DNA of 43,797 bases from Lachnospiraceae bacterium (GTDB taxonomy: Bacteria > Bacillota > Clostridia > Lachnospirales > Lachnospiraceae). The stretch is from positions 1-43,797 of the forward strand of contig JAIDHZ010000345.1 of NCBI GenBank assembly GCA_029052995.1. Reading direction: 5' to 3'. Below are positions 1 to 8,733 of this stretch, piece after piece. A program made the position numbers and the translations under genes. The notes under the pieces are model-generated. The model had not been told where the DNA came from, did not search any database, and was given only the letters and a program-made list of their open reading frames with translations. The stretch's first letter is position 1. The number at the start of each line of letters is the position of its first letter.

Positions 1-114
1 CATATAATATAAGAGTGTAACAAAGGTTACACGTTAATAATGCTCTAGGTTGTACGTCTCTCAATATATGAGAATGACCGAATCCTAGGGCTTTTTTAAT
101 TATAGGAGGTACAT

Positions 115-804
115 ATGAAAACGGCAATCCTTGTTGACGGAGGCTTCTACCGAAGACGCGCCCAAAAAGTATTTGGTGATATCAGTGCGCAGGACAGAGC
201 CATCGAATTAGCAAATTACTGCAAAAGACACCTAAATTCACATGGCGAGAACAATAACGAATTATATCGTATATTCTATTATGACTGTCCTCCAACGGCC
301 AAACGAATATTTCATCCTTTTCTGCAAAAGCAAGTGGACTTATCCAAATCTGATTTATACGCATGGATGAACCAGTTCCTTGACGAACTTAAAAAGAAAC
401 GGAAATTTGCCATACGCTTAGGCAAACTTGCTGAAGAACAGGCACACTATACAATTCGTCCACAAATTGTGAAAAAACTCTGCAATGGGAAACTTGCCTT
501 TTCAGACTTAACAGAGGCTGACTTCTATATCGAAATAGATCAAAAAGGAGTTGATATGAAAATCGGTCTCGATATTGCATCGCTGGCCTATAAACAGCAA
601 GTAGAGCAAATCATTCTCATATCCGGCGATAGTGACTTTGTATCTGCTGCCAAACTCGCCCGGCGTGAGGGAATTGATTTTATTTTAGATCCTTTAGGTG
701 CACCAATAAAACCTGACTTATTTGAACACATAGACGGTTTGCGCACCTGTGACCGCGCATACACCCAAAACAACTCGACAATAACACAGTTACCAAATGA
801 GTAA
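115..804 (+). CDS. NYN (LabA/DUF88-like, PIN-fold) domain protein, putative RNase
   Basis: AGGAGG lies 6 nt before the ATG. The N-terminus MKTAILVDGGF carries the acidic beta-1 motif. ILISGDSDFVSAAKLARREG is the typical LabA/NYN C-terminal motif. Confidence 0.7.
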   Translation: MKTAILVDGGFYRRRAQKVFGDISAQDRAIELANYCKRHLNSHGENNNELYRIFYYDCPPTAKRIFHPFLQKQVDLSKSDLYAWMNQFLDELKKKRKFAIRLGKLAEEQAHYTIRPQIVKKLCNGKLAFSDLTEADFYIEIDQKGVDMKIGLDIASLAYKQQVEQIILISGDSDFVSAAKLARREGIDFILDPLGAPIKPDLFEHIDGLRTCDRAYTQNNSTITQLPNE

Positions 805-992
805 GCTATATTGAATGAAATCTGAGGACGGAACAGGCAGCCGTCACGCCCTATGGGTCTTAAAAGTGACCTGTTTACAGTTTCTCGATTTCAAATCGGA
901 AAACTACCACACCATGACAATATAATATGCTTAACCGGGAGCCGAAGGGGCGATTACGTCAGCCACCGGACGAAAGAAAGGGGGCTGGTGCT

Positions 993-1079
993 ATGGTTAC
1001 ATACAGTGACTTATTCACATTCGTAATTATGCTTTGCGCCGTTATAACTCTTGTTATCAACATCAAACGCAAAAAGTAG
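993..1079 (+). CDS. 28-aa hydrophobic peptide resembling Firmicute holin-like (Hol-Tox type) type I toxins
   Basis: This ORF is below the ORF-track size cutoff. GAAAGGGGG lies upstream of the ATG. The peptide is MVTYSDLFTFVIMLCAVITLVINIKRKK: one TM helix plus a basic KRKK tail. The stop codon sits inside the hairpin at 1072-1113. Confidence 0.5.
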   Translation: MVTYSDLFTFVIMLCAVITLVINIKRKK

Positions 1080-1167
1080 CGCCCTTGCTCTGGTAAAGTA
1101 AGGCACTACTTTTAGCAGAATCATATTTGCCGGTGGCTGGCCGCATCCAGCTTTCAACTCTCTTGTT
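1066..1167 (-). ncRNA. Candidate ~100-nt antisense RNA (type I antitoxin-like)
   Basis: It would start about 7 nt downstream of the 1174-1202 promoter and run into the 1113-1072 hairpin. That overlaps the toxin stop codon and 3-prime UTR. The ends are inferred, not observed. Confidence 0.3.
1072..1117. terminator. Hairpin spanning the mini-toxin stop codon; possible bidirectional terminator
   Basis: AAAAGTAGCGCC (1072-1083) pairs with GGCACTACTTTT (1102-1113) at 11 of 12 positions. The A/T runs are built into the stem, so it could work on both strands. Confidence 0.45.
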
Positions 1168-1173
1168 AAACAT

Positions 1174-1202
1174 ATTATATGTCATAAATGCAGATTTTTC
1201 AA
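1174..1202 (-). promoter_or_regulatory. Near-consensus sigma-70 type promoter pointing antisense into the mini-toxin 3-prime end
   Basis: The minus strand reads TTGAAA (1202-1197), then a 17-nt spacer AATCTGCATTTATGACA, then TATAAT (1179-1174). No protein-coding gene lies downstream of it on that strand. Confidence 0.55.
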
Positions 1203-1349
1203 CCACAATTTGAAAATGCCCCGGTACGCCAATACCGGAGCCTTTCAGATAGATACCATAAAGGATTATGATATGCAATATCTCACAAATTCAGTATATC
1301 ACAGTCCTTTATAAAATGCACCTATTTTTAAGAAAGGACTGATTTTTTT

Positions 1350-2402
1350 ATGCCAGCATATTATGACGAATCAACCAAAACATGGTACTGTAAATTCTAC
1401 TATACCGATTACACAGGAGCTAAGAAGCAGAAAAAGAAGCGTGGCTTTAAGCTCCAACGTGAAGCTAAGGAGTGGGAACGTGCCTTTCTTGAACGACTGC
1501 AAGGCACCCCAGATATGACATTTCAATCTCTCTATGACCTCTATATTGAGGATATGAGCCATCGGCTAAGGCAAAACAGCATAGACGGTAAAAAGAACGT
1601 ATTCAAGAACCGCATACTGCCATACTTTAAGGATAAGCCAGTAAATGCCATCACACCAACAGACATCCGGGCATGGCAGAATGAACAGATTGACAAGGGA
1701 TACTCGGATGCATACCTTGACCGCATCCAAAACATGATGACCACCATCCTAAACTATGCCGTCACCTATTACAATCTACCCTCAAATCCATGTGACAGAG
1801 CCGGACATATGGGCAAACGTACACGATCAATGAGCTTTTGGACGATTGAACAATACAATCAATTCATCCAATATATAACAGATATCAGCGCACATACAGC
1901 CTTACAGCTACTTTTCTATTCCGGTATGCGCTTCGGTGAGCTTCTAGCCCTCACACTGGCAGATTTTGACTTTAAGGCGAATACTATACAGATTACCAAA
2001 TCCCTGCAGCACAAGGCAAGTGGTGATATTGTGGGACCTCCAAAAACTGATAATGGTATTCGCACCATTACCATGCCAGACGCCATTATGCAGGAGATTC
2101 AAGCCTATACTACGAAGATTTACGGCATTGAACCTGATGGCAGAGTATTCACCTTTACCAAAAGCCTTATTCGTGGAAATATGAGGCGTGGAGCTGAAAA
2201 GGCTGAAATCCCTTTTATACGCATTCATGATCTGCGGCATTCACACGTATCGCTATTAATTGATATGGGCTTCTCACCCCATCTGATAGCAGAACGTATA
2301 GGCGATACTGTACAGATGGTAAATAGTACTTATGGGCATCTTTACCCTAGCAAGCATAATGAAGTTGCCGAAAGACTAAACCAAATAATAGTACCAAATT
2401 AG
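1350..2402 (+). CDS. Tyrosine site-specific integrase (phage integrase family, Tn916-Int-like N-terminal arm-binding domain)
   Basis: The N-terminus KTWYCKFYYTDYTGAKKQKKKRGF looks like an AP2-like arm-binding domain. Catalytic elements are present: GMRFGELLAL (Arg), HDLRHSH, and the Tyr in NSTYGHLY. Confidence 0.9.
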   Translation: MPAYYDESTKTWYCKFYYTDYTGAKKQKKKRGFKLQREAKEWERAFLERLQGTPDMTFQSLYDLYIEDMSHRLRQNSIDGKKNVFKNRILPYFKDKPVNAITPTDIRAWQNEQIDKGYSDAYLDRIQNMMTTILNYAVTYYNLPSNPCDRAGHMGKRTRSMSFWTIEQYNQFIQYITDISAHTALQLLFYSGMRFGELLALTLADFDFKANTIQITKSLQHKASGDIVGPPKTDNGIRTITMPDAIMQEIQAYTTKIYGIEPDGRVFTFTKSLIRGNMRRGAEKAEIPFIRIHDLRHSHVSLLIDMGFSPHLIAERIGDTVQMVNSTYGHLYPSKHNEVAERLNQIIVPN

Positions 2403-2410
2403 TACCATAA

Positions 2411-2454
2411 GTCACAAATTAAGGGCGAACCCACAACGGGAACGCCCTGTTTTA
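2411..2454. terminator. Bidirectional rho-independent terminator shared by int (+) and tuf (-)
   Basis: AGGGCG (2422-2427) pairs with CGCCCT (2443-2448), with an inner CCC/GGG pairing. It is followed by GTTTTA on the plus strand and TAATTTG on the minus strand. Confidence 0.6.
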
Positions 2455-2467
2455 CTGTATTTATTAA

Positions 2468-3655
2468 TTACTCAATGATAGTAGCCACACGGCCAGAACC
2501 AACTGTTCTACCACCCTCACGGATAGCAAATGTAAGACCCTGCTCCATAGCTACCGGATGAATCAACTCGATTGTCATCTCTACGTTATCACCAGGCATA
2601 CACATCTCTGTACCACCAGGCAACTCGCAAACACCTGTTACGTCAGTTGTTCTGAAGTAGAACTGAGGACGATAGTTGTTGAAGAAAGGTGTATGACGAC
2701 CACCCTCGTCCTTAGTTAAAACGTAAACCTGAGCAGTAAACTTCTTATGACATGTAACTGTACCAGGCTTAGCAAGTACCTGACCACGAACGATCTGGTC
2801 ACGGTTGATACCACGAAGCAATGCACCGATGTTATCACCAGCCTGAGCCTCATCTAACTGCTTACGGAACATCTCGATACCGGTTACAACAGTCTTCTGA
2901 ACCTCTTCCTTAACACCAAGGATTTCTAACTCTTCGTTAAGATGTAAAGTACCACGCTCTACTCTACCAGTTGCAACAGTACCACGACCAGTAATTGTAA
3001 ATACGTCCTCTACAGGCATTAAGAATGGCTTATCTGTATCACGCTCAGGATCCGGAATATAATCATCTACTGTAGACATTAATTCCATAATCTTATCTCC
3101 CCACTCGCCGTTAGGATCTTCCAAAGCCTTAAGAGCAGAACCCTTGATAATAGGGCAGTCTGTAAATCCATACTCCTCTAACTGCTCTGTTACTTCCATC
3201 TCTACTAACTCGATTAACTCCTCGTCATCTACCATATCACATTTATTTAAAAATACAACAATGTAAGGTACACCTACCTGACGAGATAATAAGATATGCT
3301 CTTTAGTCTGAGCCATAACACCATCAGTAGCAGCAACTACAAGTACAGCACCATCCATCTGAGCTGCACCGGTAATCATGTTCTTAACGTAGTCAGCATG
3401 ACCTGGGCAGTCAACGTGAGCGTAATGTCTCTTCTCTGTCTCATACTCAACGTGAGCTGTAGAAATGGTGATACCTCTTTCTCTCTCTTCTGGAGCCTTA
3501 TCGATATTCTCAAAATCTGTAGCTTCATTACCAGCAACTCTAGCTGCTAATACCTTTGTAATAGCTGCTGTTAAAGTCGTTTTACCATGATCAACGTGTC
3601 CAATTGTACCAATGTTACAATGTGGTTTAGTTCTTTCAAACTTAGCTTTTGACAT
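2468..3655 (-). CDS. tuf: Elongation factor Tu
   Basis: 395 aa with G-motifs [17 protein letters not shown] and NKCD. AAGGAGG lies upstream of the ATG. Confidence 0.98.
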   Translation of the reverse strand: MSKAKFERTKPHCNIGTIGHVDHGKTTLTAAITKVLAARVAGNEATDFENIDKAPEERERGITISTAHVEYETEKRHYAHVDCPGHADYVKNMITGAAQMDGAVLVVAATDGVMAQTKEHILLSRQVGVPYIVVFLNKCDMVDDEELIELVEMEVTEQLEEYGFTDCPIIKGSALKALEDPNGEWGDKIMELMSTVDDYIPDPERDTDKPFLMPVEDVFTITGRGTVATGRVERGTLHLNEELEILGVKEEVQKTVVTGIEMFRKQLDEAQAGDNIGALLRGINRDQIVRGQVLAKPGTVTCHKKFTAQVYVLTKDEGGRHTPFFNNYRPQFYFRTTDVTGVCELPGGTEMCMPGDNVEMTIELIHPVAMEQGLTFAIREGGRTVGSGRVATIIE

Positions 3656-3707
3656 TTTTAAATTCCTCCTTAAACTTTGCCTCTTAGGCTTTTAATCGCT
3701 AATACTG

Positions 3708-3736
3708 ATTATATTAGATACCAACAATATTTTCAA
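3708..3736 (-). promoter_or_regulatory. Internal promoter for tuf
   Basis: The minus strand reads TTGAAA (3736-3731), a 17-nt spacer, then TATAAT (3713-3708). It lies between the fusA terminator hairpin and the tuf RBS. Confidence 0.6.
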
Positions 3737-3740
3737 GTAC

Positions 3741-3787
3741 TTTATTTTTTATTTTAAAGGAAAGCAATCGACATATATTGCTTTCCT
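3741..3787 (-). terminator. Rho-independent terminator/attenuator after fusA
   Basis: An 11-bp stem, AGGAAAGCAAT / ATTGCTTTCCT (3758-3787), is followed on the minus strand by TTAAAATAAAAAATAAA. Confidence 0.65.
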
Positions 3788-3799
3788 ATATTCTTTGTA

Positions 3800-5920
3800 T
3801 TAGTTGCCCTTCTTGGCAGCAATAACCTTCTCCTGAATATTCTTTGGAGCCGGATCATACTTCTCGAAGAACATAGAGTAGTTACCACGACCCTGTGTAG
3901 ATGATCGAAGCTCTGTTGAGTATCCGAACATTTCTGCAAGCGGTACCAATGCGCGTACAATCTTACCGCCTCCAATGTCATCCATACTCTGAATCTGTCC
4001 ACGCTTCGCATTCAGGCTTCCAATTACATCACCCATATATTCTTCAGGCATTGTAACCTCAACCTTCATGATTGGCTCAAGCAGAATCGCACCACCCTTT
4101 GCCATTGCATCCTTAAATGCCATGGAACCTGCAATGTGGAATGCCATTTCACTTGAATCGACTTCATGGTAAGAACCATCATATACGGTCGCATGAACAC
4201 CGACAACTGGAAATCCAGCAAGGATTCCAGCCTTGGTAGCCTCTTCAATACCCTCGCCAATCGCAGGAATATATTCCTTAGGAATAGCACCACCAACTAC
4301 AGTGGAATCAAACTTGAACAGTTCTTCGCCATTGGCATCCATAGGCTCAAATTTAACTTTACAGTGACCATACTGACCACGACCACCTGACTGCTTTGCA
4401 TATTTGCTCTCTACATCGACAGTCTTAGTAAAGGATTCCTTATATGCAACCTGAGGCGCACCAACGTTTGCTTCAACCTTAAACTCACGAAGAAGACGGT
4501 CAACTATAATCTCCAAGTGAAGCTCGCCCATACCGGCAATGATAGTCTGACCTGTCTCCTGATCGGTATGTGCCTTAAATGTAGGATCTTCTTCAGCAAG
4601 CTTTGCCAAAGCCTCACCTAATTTACCCTGTCCAGCCTTTGTTTTCGGCTCAATTGCAAGCTCGATAACCGGTTCTGGGAATTCCATGGACTCAAGGATA
4701 ACCGGATGTTGCTCGTCACAGATTGTATCACCTGTTGTTGTTACCTTAAATCCAACAGCTGCTGCAATATCACCTGAGTATACCTTGTCTAACTCTTCTC
4801 TCTTATTTGCATGCATCTGTAAAATACGTCCTACACGCTCTTTCTTGTCCTTTGTTGCATTTAAAACATAAGAACCGGAATTAATCGTACCGGAGTAAAC
4901 TCTGAAGAATGCAAGCTTACCAACAAATGGGTCAGCCATAATTTTAAATGCTAATGCTGAGAAAGGCTCCTCGTCAGATGAATGCCGCTCAACCTCATTA
5001 CCGTCCATATCAACACCCTTGATAGCAGGAATGTCAGTCGGAGCAGGCATGAACTCAAGTACGGAATCCAATAATTTCTGAACACCCTTATTCTTATAAG
5101 CTGAACCACAACACACAGGAACAGCTGTACATTCGCAGGTTCCCTTACGCAGTGCTGCCTTCAATCCATCGACAGACGGCTCCTCACCCTCTAAATACTC
5201 CATCATTAAATCGTCATCTAGTTCACAAATTTTCTCGACTAACTCTGTATGATAAAGCTCGGCATCATCCTTCATGTCGTCAGGGATATCAACAATAGAA
5301 ATATCGTCGCCCTTATCGTCATTATAAATGTATGCCTTCATCTCAAACAAATCAATGATTCCCTTGAAATCATCTTCCTTGCCAATCGGTAACTGTGTTA
5401 CGATTGCATTTTTACCCAAACGGTCTCTAATCTGGTCAACTGCACCATAGAAATCTGCACCTAAAATGTCCATCTTATTGATGAAAGCCATTCTGGGAAC
5501 GTTATATGTGTCTGCCTGACGCCATACATTTTCTGACTGAGGCTCAACACCACCCTTAGCACAGAATACACCAACAGCACCGTCAAGCACACGCAGTGAA
5601 CGCTCTACTTCTACCGTAAAGTCAACGTGTCCCGGAGTATCAATAATATTGATACGATGCTCTAATGCACCAGCTTTAGGCTTGCAGCTTTCCTGTAACG
5701 TCCAGTGACAAGTAGTAGCTGCAGAAGTAATTGTGATACCCCTTTCCTGCTCCTGCTCCATCCAGTCCATAGTAGCAGTACCCTCATGAGTATCACCAAT
5801 CTTATAATTAACACCGGTATAATATAAGATACGCTCTGTAAGCGTTGTCTTACCAGCATCAATATGCGCCATAATACCGATATTTCTGGTTCTCTCTAAT
5901 GGATATTCTCTTCCAGCCAA
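3800..5920 (-). CDS. fusA: Elongation factor G
   Basis: 706 aa with [17 protein letters not shown] and NKMD. It uses a TTG start 9 nt after AGGAGG. Confidence 0.97.
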   Translation of the reverse strand: MAGREYPLERTRNIGIMAHIDAGKTTLTERILYYTGVNYKIGDTHEGTATMDWMEQEQERGITITSAATTCHWTLQESCKPKAGALEHRINIIDTPGHVDFTVEVERSLRVLDGAVGVFCAKGGVEPQSENVWRQADTYNVPRMAFINKMDILGADFYGAVDQIRDRLGKNAIVTQLPIGKEDDFKGIIDLFEMKAYIYNDDKGDDISIVDIPDDMKDDAELYHTELVEKICELDDDLMMEYLEGEEPSVDGLKAALRKGTCECTAVPVCCGSAYKNKGVQKLLDSVLEFMPAPTDIPAIKGVDMDGNEVERHSSDEEPFSALAFKIMADPFVGKLAFFRVYSGTINSGSYVLNATKDKKERVGRILQMHANKREELDKVYSGDIAAAVGFKVTTTGDTICDEQHPVILESMEFPEPVIELAIEPKTKAGQGKLGEALAKLAEEDPTFKAHTDQETGQTIIAGMGELHLEIIVDRLLREFKVEANVGAPQVAYKESFTKTVDVESKYAKQSGGRGQYGHCKVKFEPMDANGEELFKFDSTVVGGAIPKEYIPAIGEGIEEATKAGILAGFPVVGVHATVYDGSYHEVDSSEMAFHIAGSMAFKDAMAKGGAILLEPIMKVEVTMPEEYMGDVIGSLNAKRGQIQSMDDIGGGKIVRALVPLAEMFGYSTELRSSTQGRGNYSMFFEKYDPAPKNIQEKVIAAKKGN

Positions 5921-6078
5921 GATTTTTTCCTCCTTATTTTTGTATACTCCTTATTACAAAGAAGTTCTGTTCGCTAAGCTCTGCCCGCGCTTTCAGCTCG
6001 GTCTCGCCACTCTCATAGAATGGCTTCGCACTAAGTTTAACCTTTGCATACACCCGGTTTCACTAAGTTGCTTTAAGC

Positions 6079-6549
6079 CTAGAATCTGTAATGTGCAAAT
6101 GCCTTGTTTGCCTCTGCCATCTTGTGCATATCTTCTTTCTTCTTTACAGCAGCACCAGTATTGTTAGCAGCATCAAGCAATTCCTTTGCCAGTCTCTCTT
6201 CCATGGTCTTCTCACTTCTATTACGTGAATATGTTGTCAACCAACGAAGAGCTAATGCTTGTCTTCTATCAGGTCTTACATCTATCGGAACCTGATAAGT
6301 AGCACCACCGATACGTCTTGCCTTTACTTCCAAAACCGGCATAATATTGTTCATAGCCTCTTCAAAAACCTCTAAAGCAGGCTTGCCGGTCTCATTTGCA
6401 ACACGCTCAAATGCACCATATACGATTTTTTGGGCAACGCCCTTCTTACCATCTAACATAATGTTATTGATAAGCTTAGTAACCACTTTACTATTATAAA
6501 TTGGATCCGCTAATACGTCTCTTTTCTGAATATGTCCTTTACGTGGCAC
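6079..6549 (-). CDS. rpsG: 30S ribosomal protein S7
   Basis: 156 aa beginning [20 protein letters not shown], a full-length S7 sequence. It uses a GTG start after AGGAGGG. Confidence 0.97.
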   Translation of the reverse strand: MPRKGHIQKRDVLADPIYNSKVVTKLINNIMLDGKKGVAQKIVYGAFERVANETGKPALEVFEEAMNNIMPVLEVKARRIGGATYQVPIDVRPDRRQALALRWLTTYSRNRSEKTMEERLAKELLDAANNTGAAVKKKEDMHKMAEANKAFAHYRF

Positions 6550-6893
6550 GGTACTTCCCTCCTATTATTATTCTAATCTGGTAATATTATACATAACTTT
6601 ATATAAAATTTCCCAGACATGGGAGATTCCTCCCATTACTAAACCGATATTTAACCGGTTTAAAGGTACTCACATTCCGCTCTGGAAACATGTTCGTGCA
6701 GGTTTTGCATAGCTTTCTATTATTAATGAAAAACATTGCCATTACCAGCACTATTAAATTTTGACTTACTGTTTTACTTACCGATACAACATCCACTCCA
6801 CTAAATTCGGTCTGTGCTTTGCTTACCCTCATTAAGTGTTGGGATGAACTTTCGCACTAACCTCAAGCTTTGCTTTCGCTAAGTGCTCAGTGT

Positions 6894-7313
6894 TTATTTA
6901 GCATCCTTTGGTCTCTTAGCACCATACTTAGAACGAGCCTGACGTCTTTTAGCAACGCCTGCTGTATCTAAAGTACCACGGATGATGTGATATCTTGTAC
7001 CTGGTAAGTCCTTTACTCTACCACCACGGATCAGAACAACACTATGCTCCTGAAGGTTGTGACCTTCACCCGGAATATAGCTGGTAACCTCGATACCGTT
7101 AGATAAACGTACTCTGGCAATCTTTCTAAGAGCTGAATTCGGCTTCTTAGGAGTAGCTGTCTTAACTGCAGTACATACACCACGTTTCTGTGGAGCTGCT
7201 GTATCGATTGGCTTTTTCTTTAAAGAATTAAAACCCTTTTGAAGAGCAGGTGCAGTAGACTTCTTCTCAACAGTCTGTCTTCCCTTACGAACTAACTGGT
7301 TAAATGTTGGCAT
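6894..7313 (-). CDS. rpsL: 30S ribosomal protein S12
   Basis: Contains [21 protein letters not shown] and [12 protein letters not shown]. The ORF track starts at an upstream GTG (7322). The ATG at 7313 sits 8 nt after AGGAGG and gives the canonical MPTFNQL N-terminus. Confidence 0.95.
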   Translation of the reverse strand: MPTFNQLVRKGRQTVEKKSTAPALQKGFNSLKKKPIDTAAPQKRGVCTAVKTATPKKPNSALRKIARVRLSNGIEVTSYIPGEGHNLQEHSVVLIRGGRVKDLPGTRYHIIRGTLDTAGVAKRRQARSKYGAKRPKDAK

Positions 7314-7399
7314 GTTTTTCACCTCCTGTTTTTATATTTCACTGCGCACATTTACGCCGCCAAGGCGCACAAATATATAAAATCCACGCATACTCGAAC

Positions 7400-7428
7400 A
7401 TTATAGCCAAGGAATCCCCTACTGTCAA
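7400..7428 (-). promoter_or_regulatory. Consensus sigma-70 type promoter of the str operon
   Basis: The minus strand reads TTGACA (7428-7423), the 17-nt spacer GTAGGGGATTCCTTGGC, then TATAAT (7405-7400). It lies about 85 nt upstream of rpsL. Confidence 0.7.
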
Positions 7429-7485
7429 GGACTTTTTGCTTTTTAAAATGTTTAAAATTCCTCTGCTCCTATCTTGATATATTCA

Positions 7486-8721
7486 CTAATTCCTTCTCAA
7501 TGCTTCAATCGGGCTCAACTTCGCCGCCTTTCTCGCCGGATATATTCCAAAAAACAATCCAACGGAAGAGGAAAACAGGGATGCCAATAAAATTGTACCT
7601 AGCTTAAGTGCCGGGGTAAAATGCATAGTAGGAACCATCATTCCGATAACTCCGGCTATCAGCCATGCACCAAGCACACCAAATAGAATTCCAATCAGTC
7701 CGCCTAACAATGTAATAAATGCGGATTCTGCCAGAAACTGAATGGTAATAGAACCCGTCTTTGCGCCAAGAGCCTTGCGGATACCAATCTCCCTTGTACG
7801 CTCCGTAACAGATACCAGCATGATATTCATAACCCCGATTCCTCCAACCAGCAAAGAAATTGATGCCACAAATGCTACAAATACTGTTATCAGCTTTATC
7901 ACGGAATTGACCATTTCCATCGTATCATCAAAGCTCTCAAACATATATACACCATCCCCCTTGCAGTGATGGCTTCTCTCCAAATAGTCAATCACCTCAT
8001 CACAAAGCTGCTTGGCGTCTGCATCATCCTCCTTCTTAATAAAAAAATTAGTGATATTGTTAGACATATCAAATCCTAGCTGCTGTGTAAACACTTTTAC
8101 AGGCATAATAACCTGAATGGAAGGATCGGCATACGCAGACATAATTGTATTCTCATCTTCTGACTCTGTCACACCGACAATCGTCACAGTGAGTTCCATA
8201 GCTCCACTCATAGTAAGGTCCATATCCATGCCCACCACATTAGTGGAACCGAACAGTCTCATGGCATCATTTTCACTAATAATACAGACAGGCTTTCCCT
8301 CTTCTGACTCCTGTTCTGTATACGCCCTTCCTTTCACATATGTATTATCCATAAAAGCAAAACCGTCAGCTTCCATTGTTATAATACTTACTTTAAATTC
8401 ATCCTTTTTTGTCTTCATCGTACCTTCCCAGTAGTCCTGGGTTGTAAGTGCCTTTACACCTTCCATTTCCCTGATATAAGAAAGTTCATCCTCTGTAATA
8501 TAGTACTTCTCCTCCCAATTTGTCAGATAGACATAAATCTGACCTTTTCCCAGCTCTCCAAGCTCAGAAGAAATCATCTCTGTAGCACCATTTCCAACTG
8601 AGATGATTAAAATGACAGAAGAAATACCGATAATGATACCAAGCATTGTCAGGAAGGTTCTCACCTTATTGGCCCATATATTTTTCATGGCCATTTTGAC
8701 ATATTCACCGAGCTGTGACAT
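7486..8721 (-). CDS. ABC transporter permease, MacB/FtsX family
   Basis: 411 aa. It has an N-terminal TM, a large extracytoplasmic domain and a C-terminal FtsX-type TM bundle (REIGIRKALGAK motif). Confidence 0.85.
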   Translation of the reverse strand: MSQLGEYVKMAMKNIWANKVRTFLTMLGIIIGISSVILIISVGNGATEMISSELGELGKGQIYVYLTNWEEKYYITEDELSYIREMEGVKALTTQDYWEGTMKTKKDEFKVSIITMEADGFAFMDNTYVKGRAYTEQESEEGKPVCIISENDAMRLFGSTNVVGMDMDLTMSGAMELTVTIVGVTESEDENTIMSAYADPSIQVIMPVKVFTQQLGFDMSNNITNFFIKKEDDADAKQLCDEVIDYLERSHHCKGDGVYMFESFDDTMEMVNSVIKLITVFVAFVASISLLVGGIGVMNIMLVSVTERTREIGIRKALGAKTGSITIQFLAESAFITLLGGLIGILFGVLGAWLIAGVIGMMVPTMHFTPALKLGTILLASLFSSSVGLFFGIYPARKAAKLSPIEALRRN

Positions 8722-8733
8722 ACGTACCCTCCT

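Larger units (their letters stand above)
1..2454 (+). mobile_element. Integrase-proximal end of an integrated element; the other boundary lies outside the window
   Basis: A tyrosine integrase gene ends 65 nt from the tuf stop codon and shares a bidirectional hairpin with it. The cargo (NYN-domain gene, holin-like mini-toxin) is unrelated to the flanking ribosomal operon and on the opposite strand. No att repeat can be defined because only one end is visible. Confidence 0.5.

Noticed and set aside
1063-1278. A 71-aa minus-strand ORF downstream of the mini-toxin.
   Set aside because: It has no RBS, and it starts upstream of and runs through the consensus antisense promoter and hairpin. The region is better explained as a non-coding antisense RNA locus.
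1302-1341. A 9-bp inverted repeat (CAGTCCTTT / AAAGGACTG) whose 3-prime arm covers the integrase RBS, and the 10-nt 5-prime-UTR/3-prime complementarity at 960-969 / 1130-1139.
   Set aside because: By a rough N x spacing / 4^k estimate, inverted repeats of 9-10 bp at these spacings should occur several times by chance in 44 kb. They are positionally suggestive but not significant on their own.
6599-6832. A 77-aa ORF inside the rpsL-rpsG spacer.
   Set aside because: There is no Shine-Dalgarno before its ATG and the composition is odd. The region is better treated as non-coding spacer RNA (see the str operon spacer finding).
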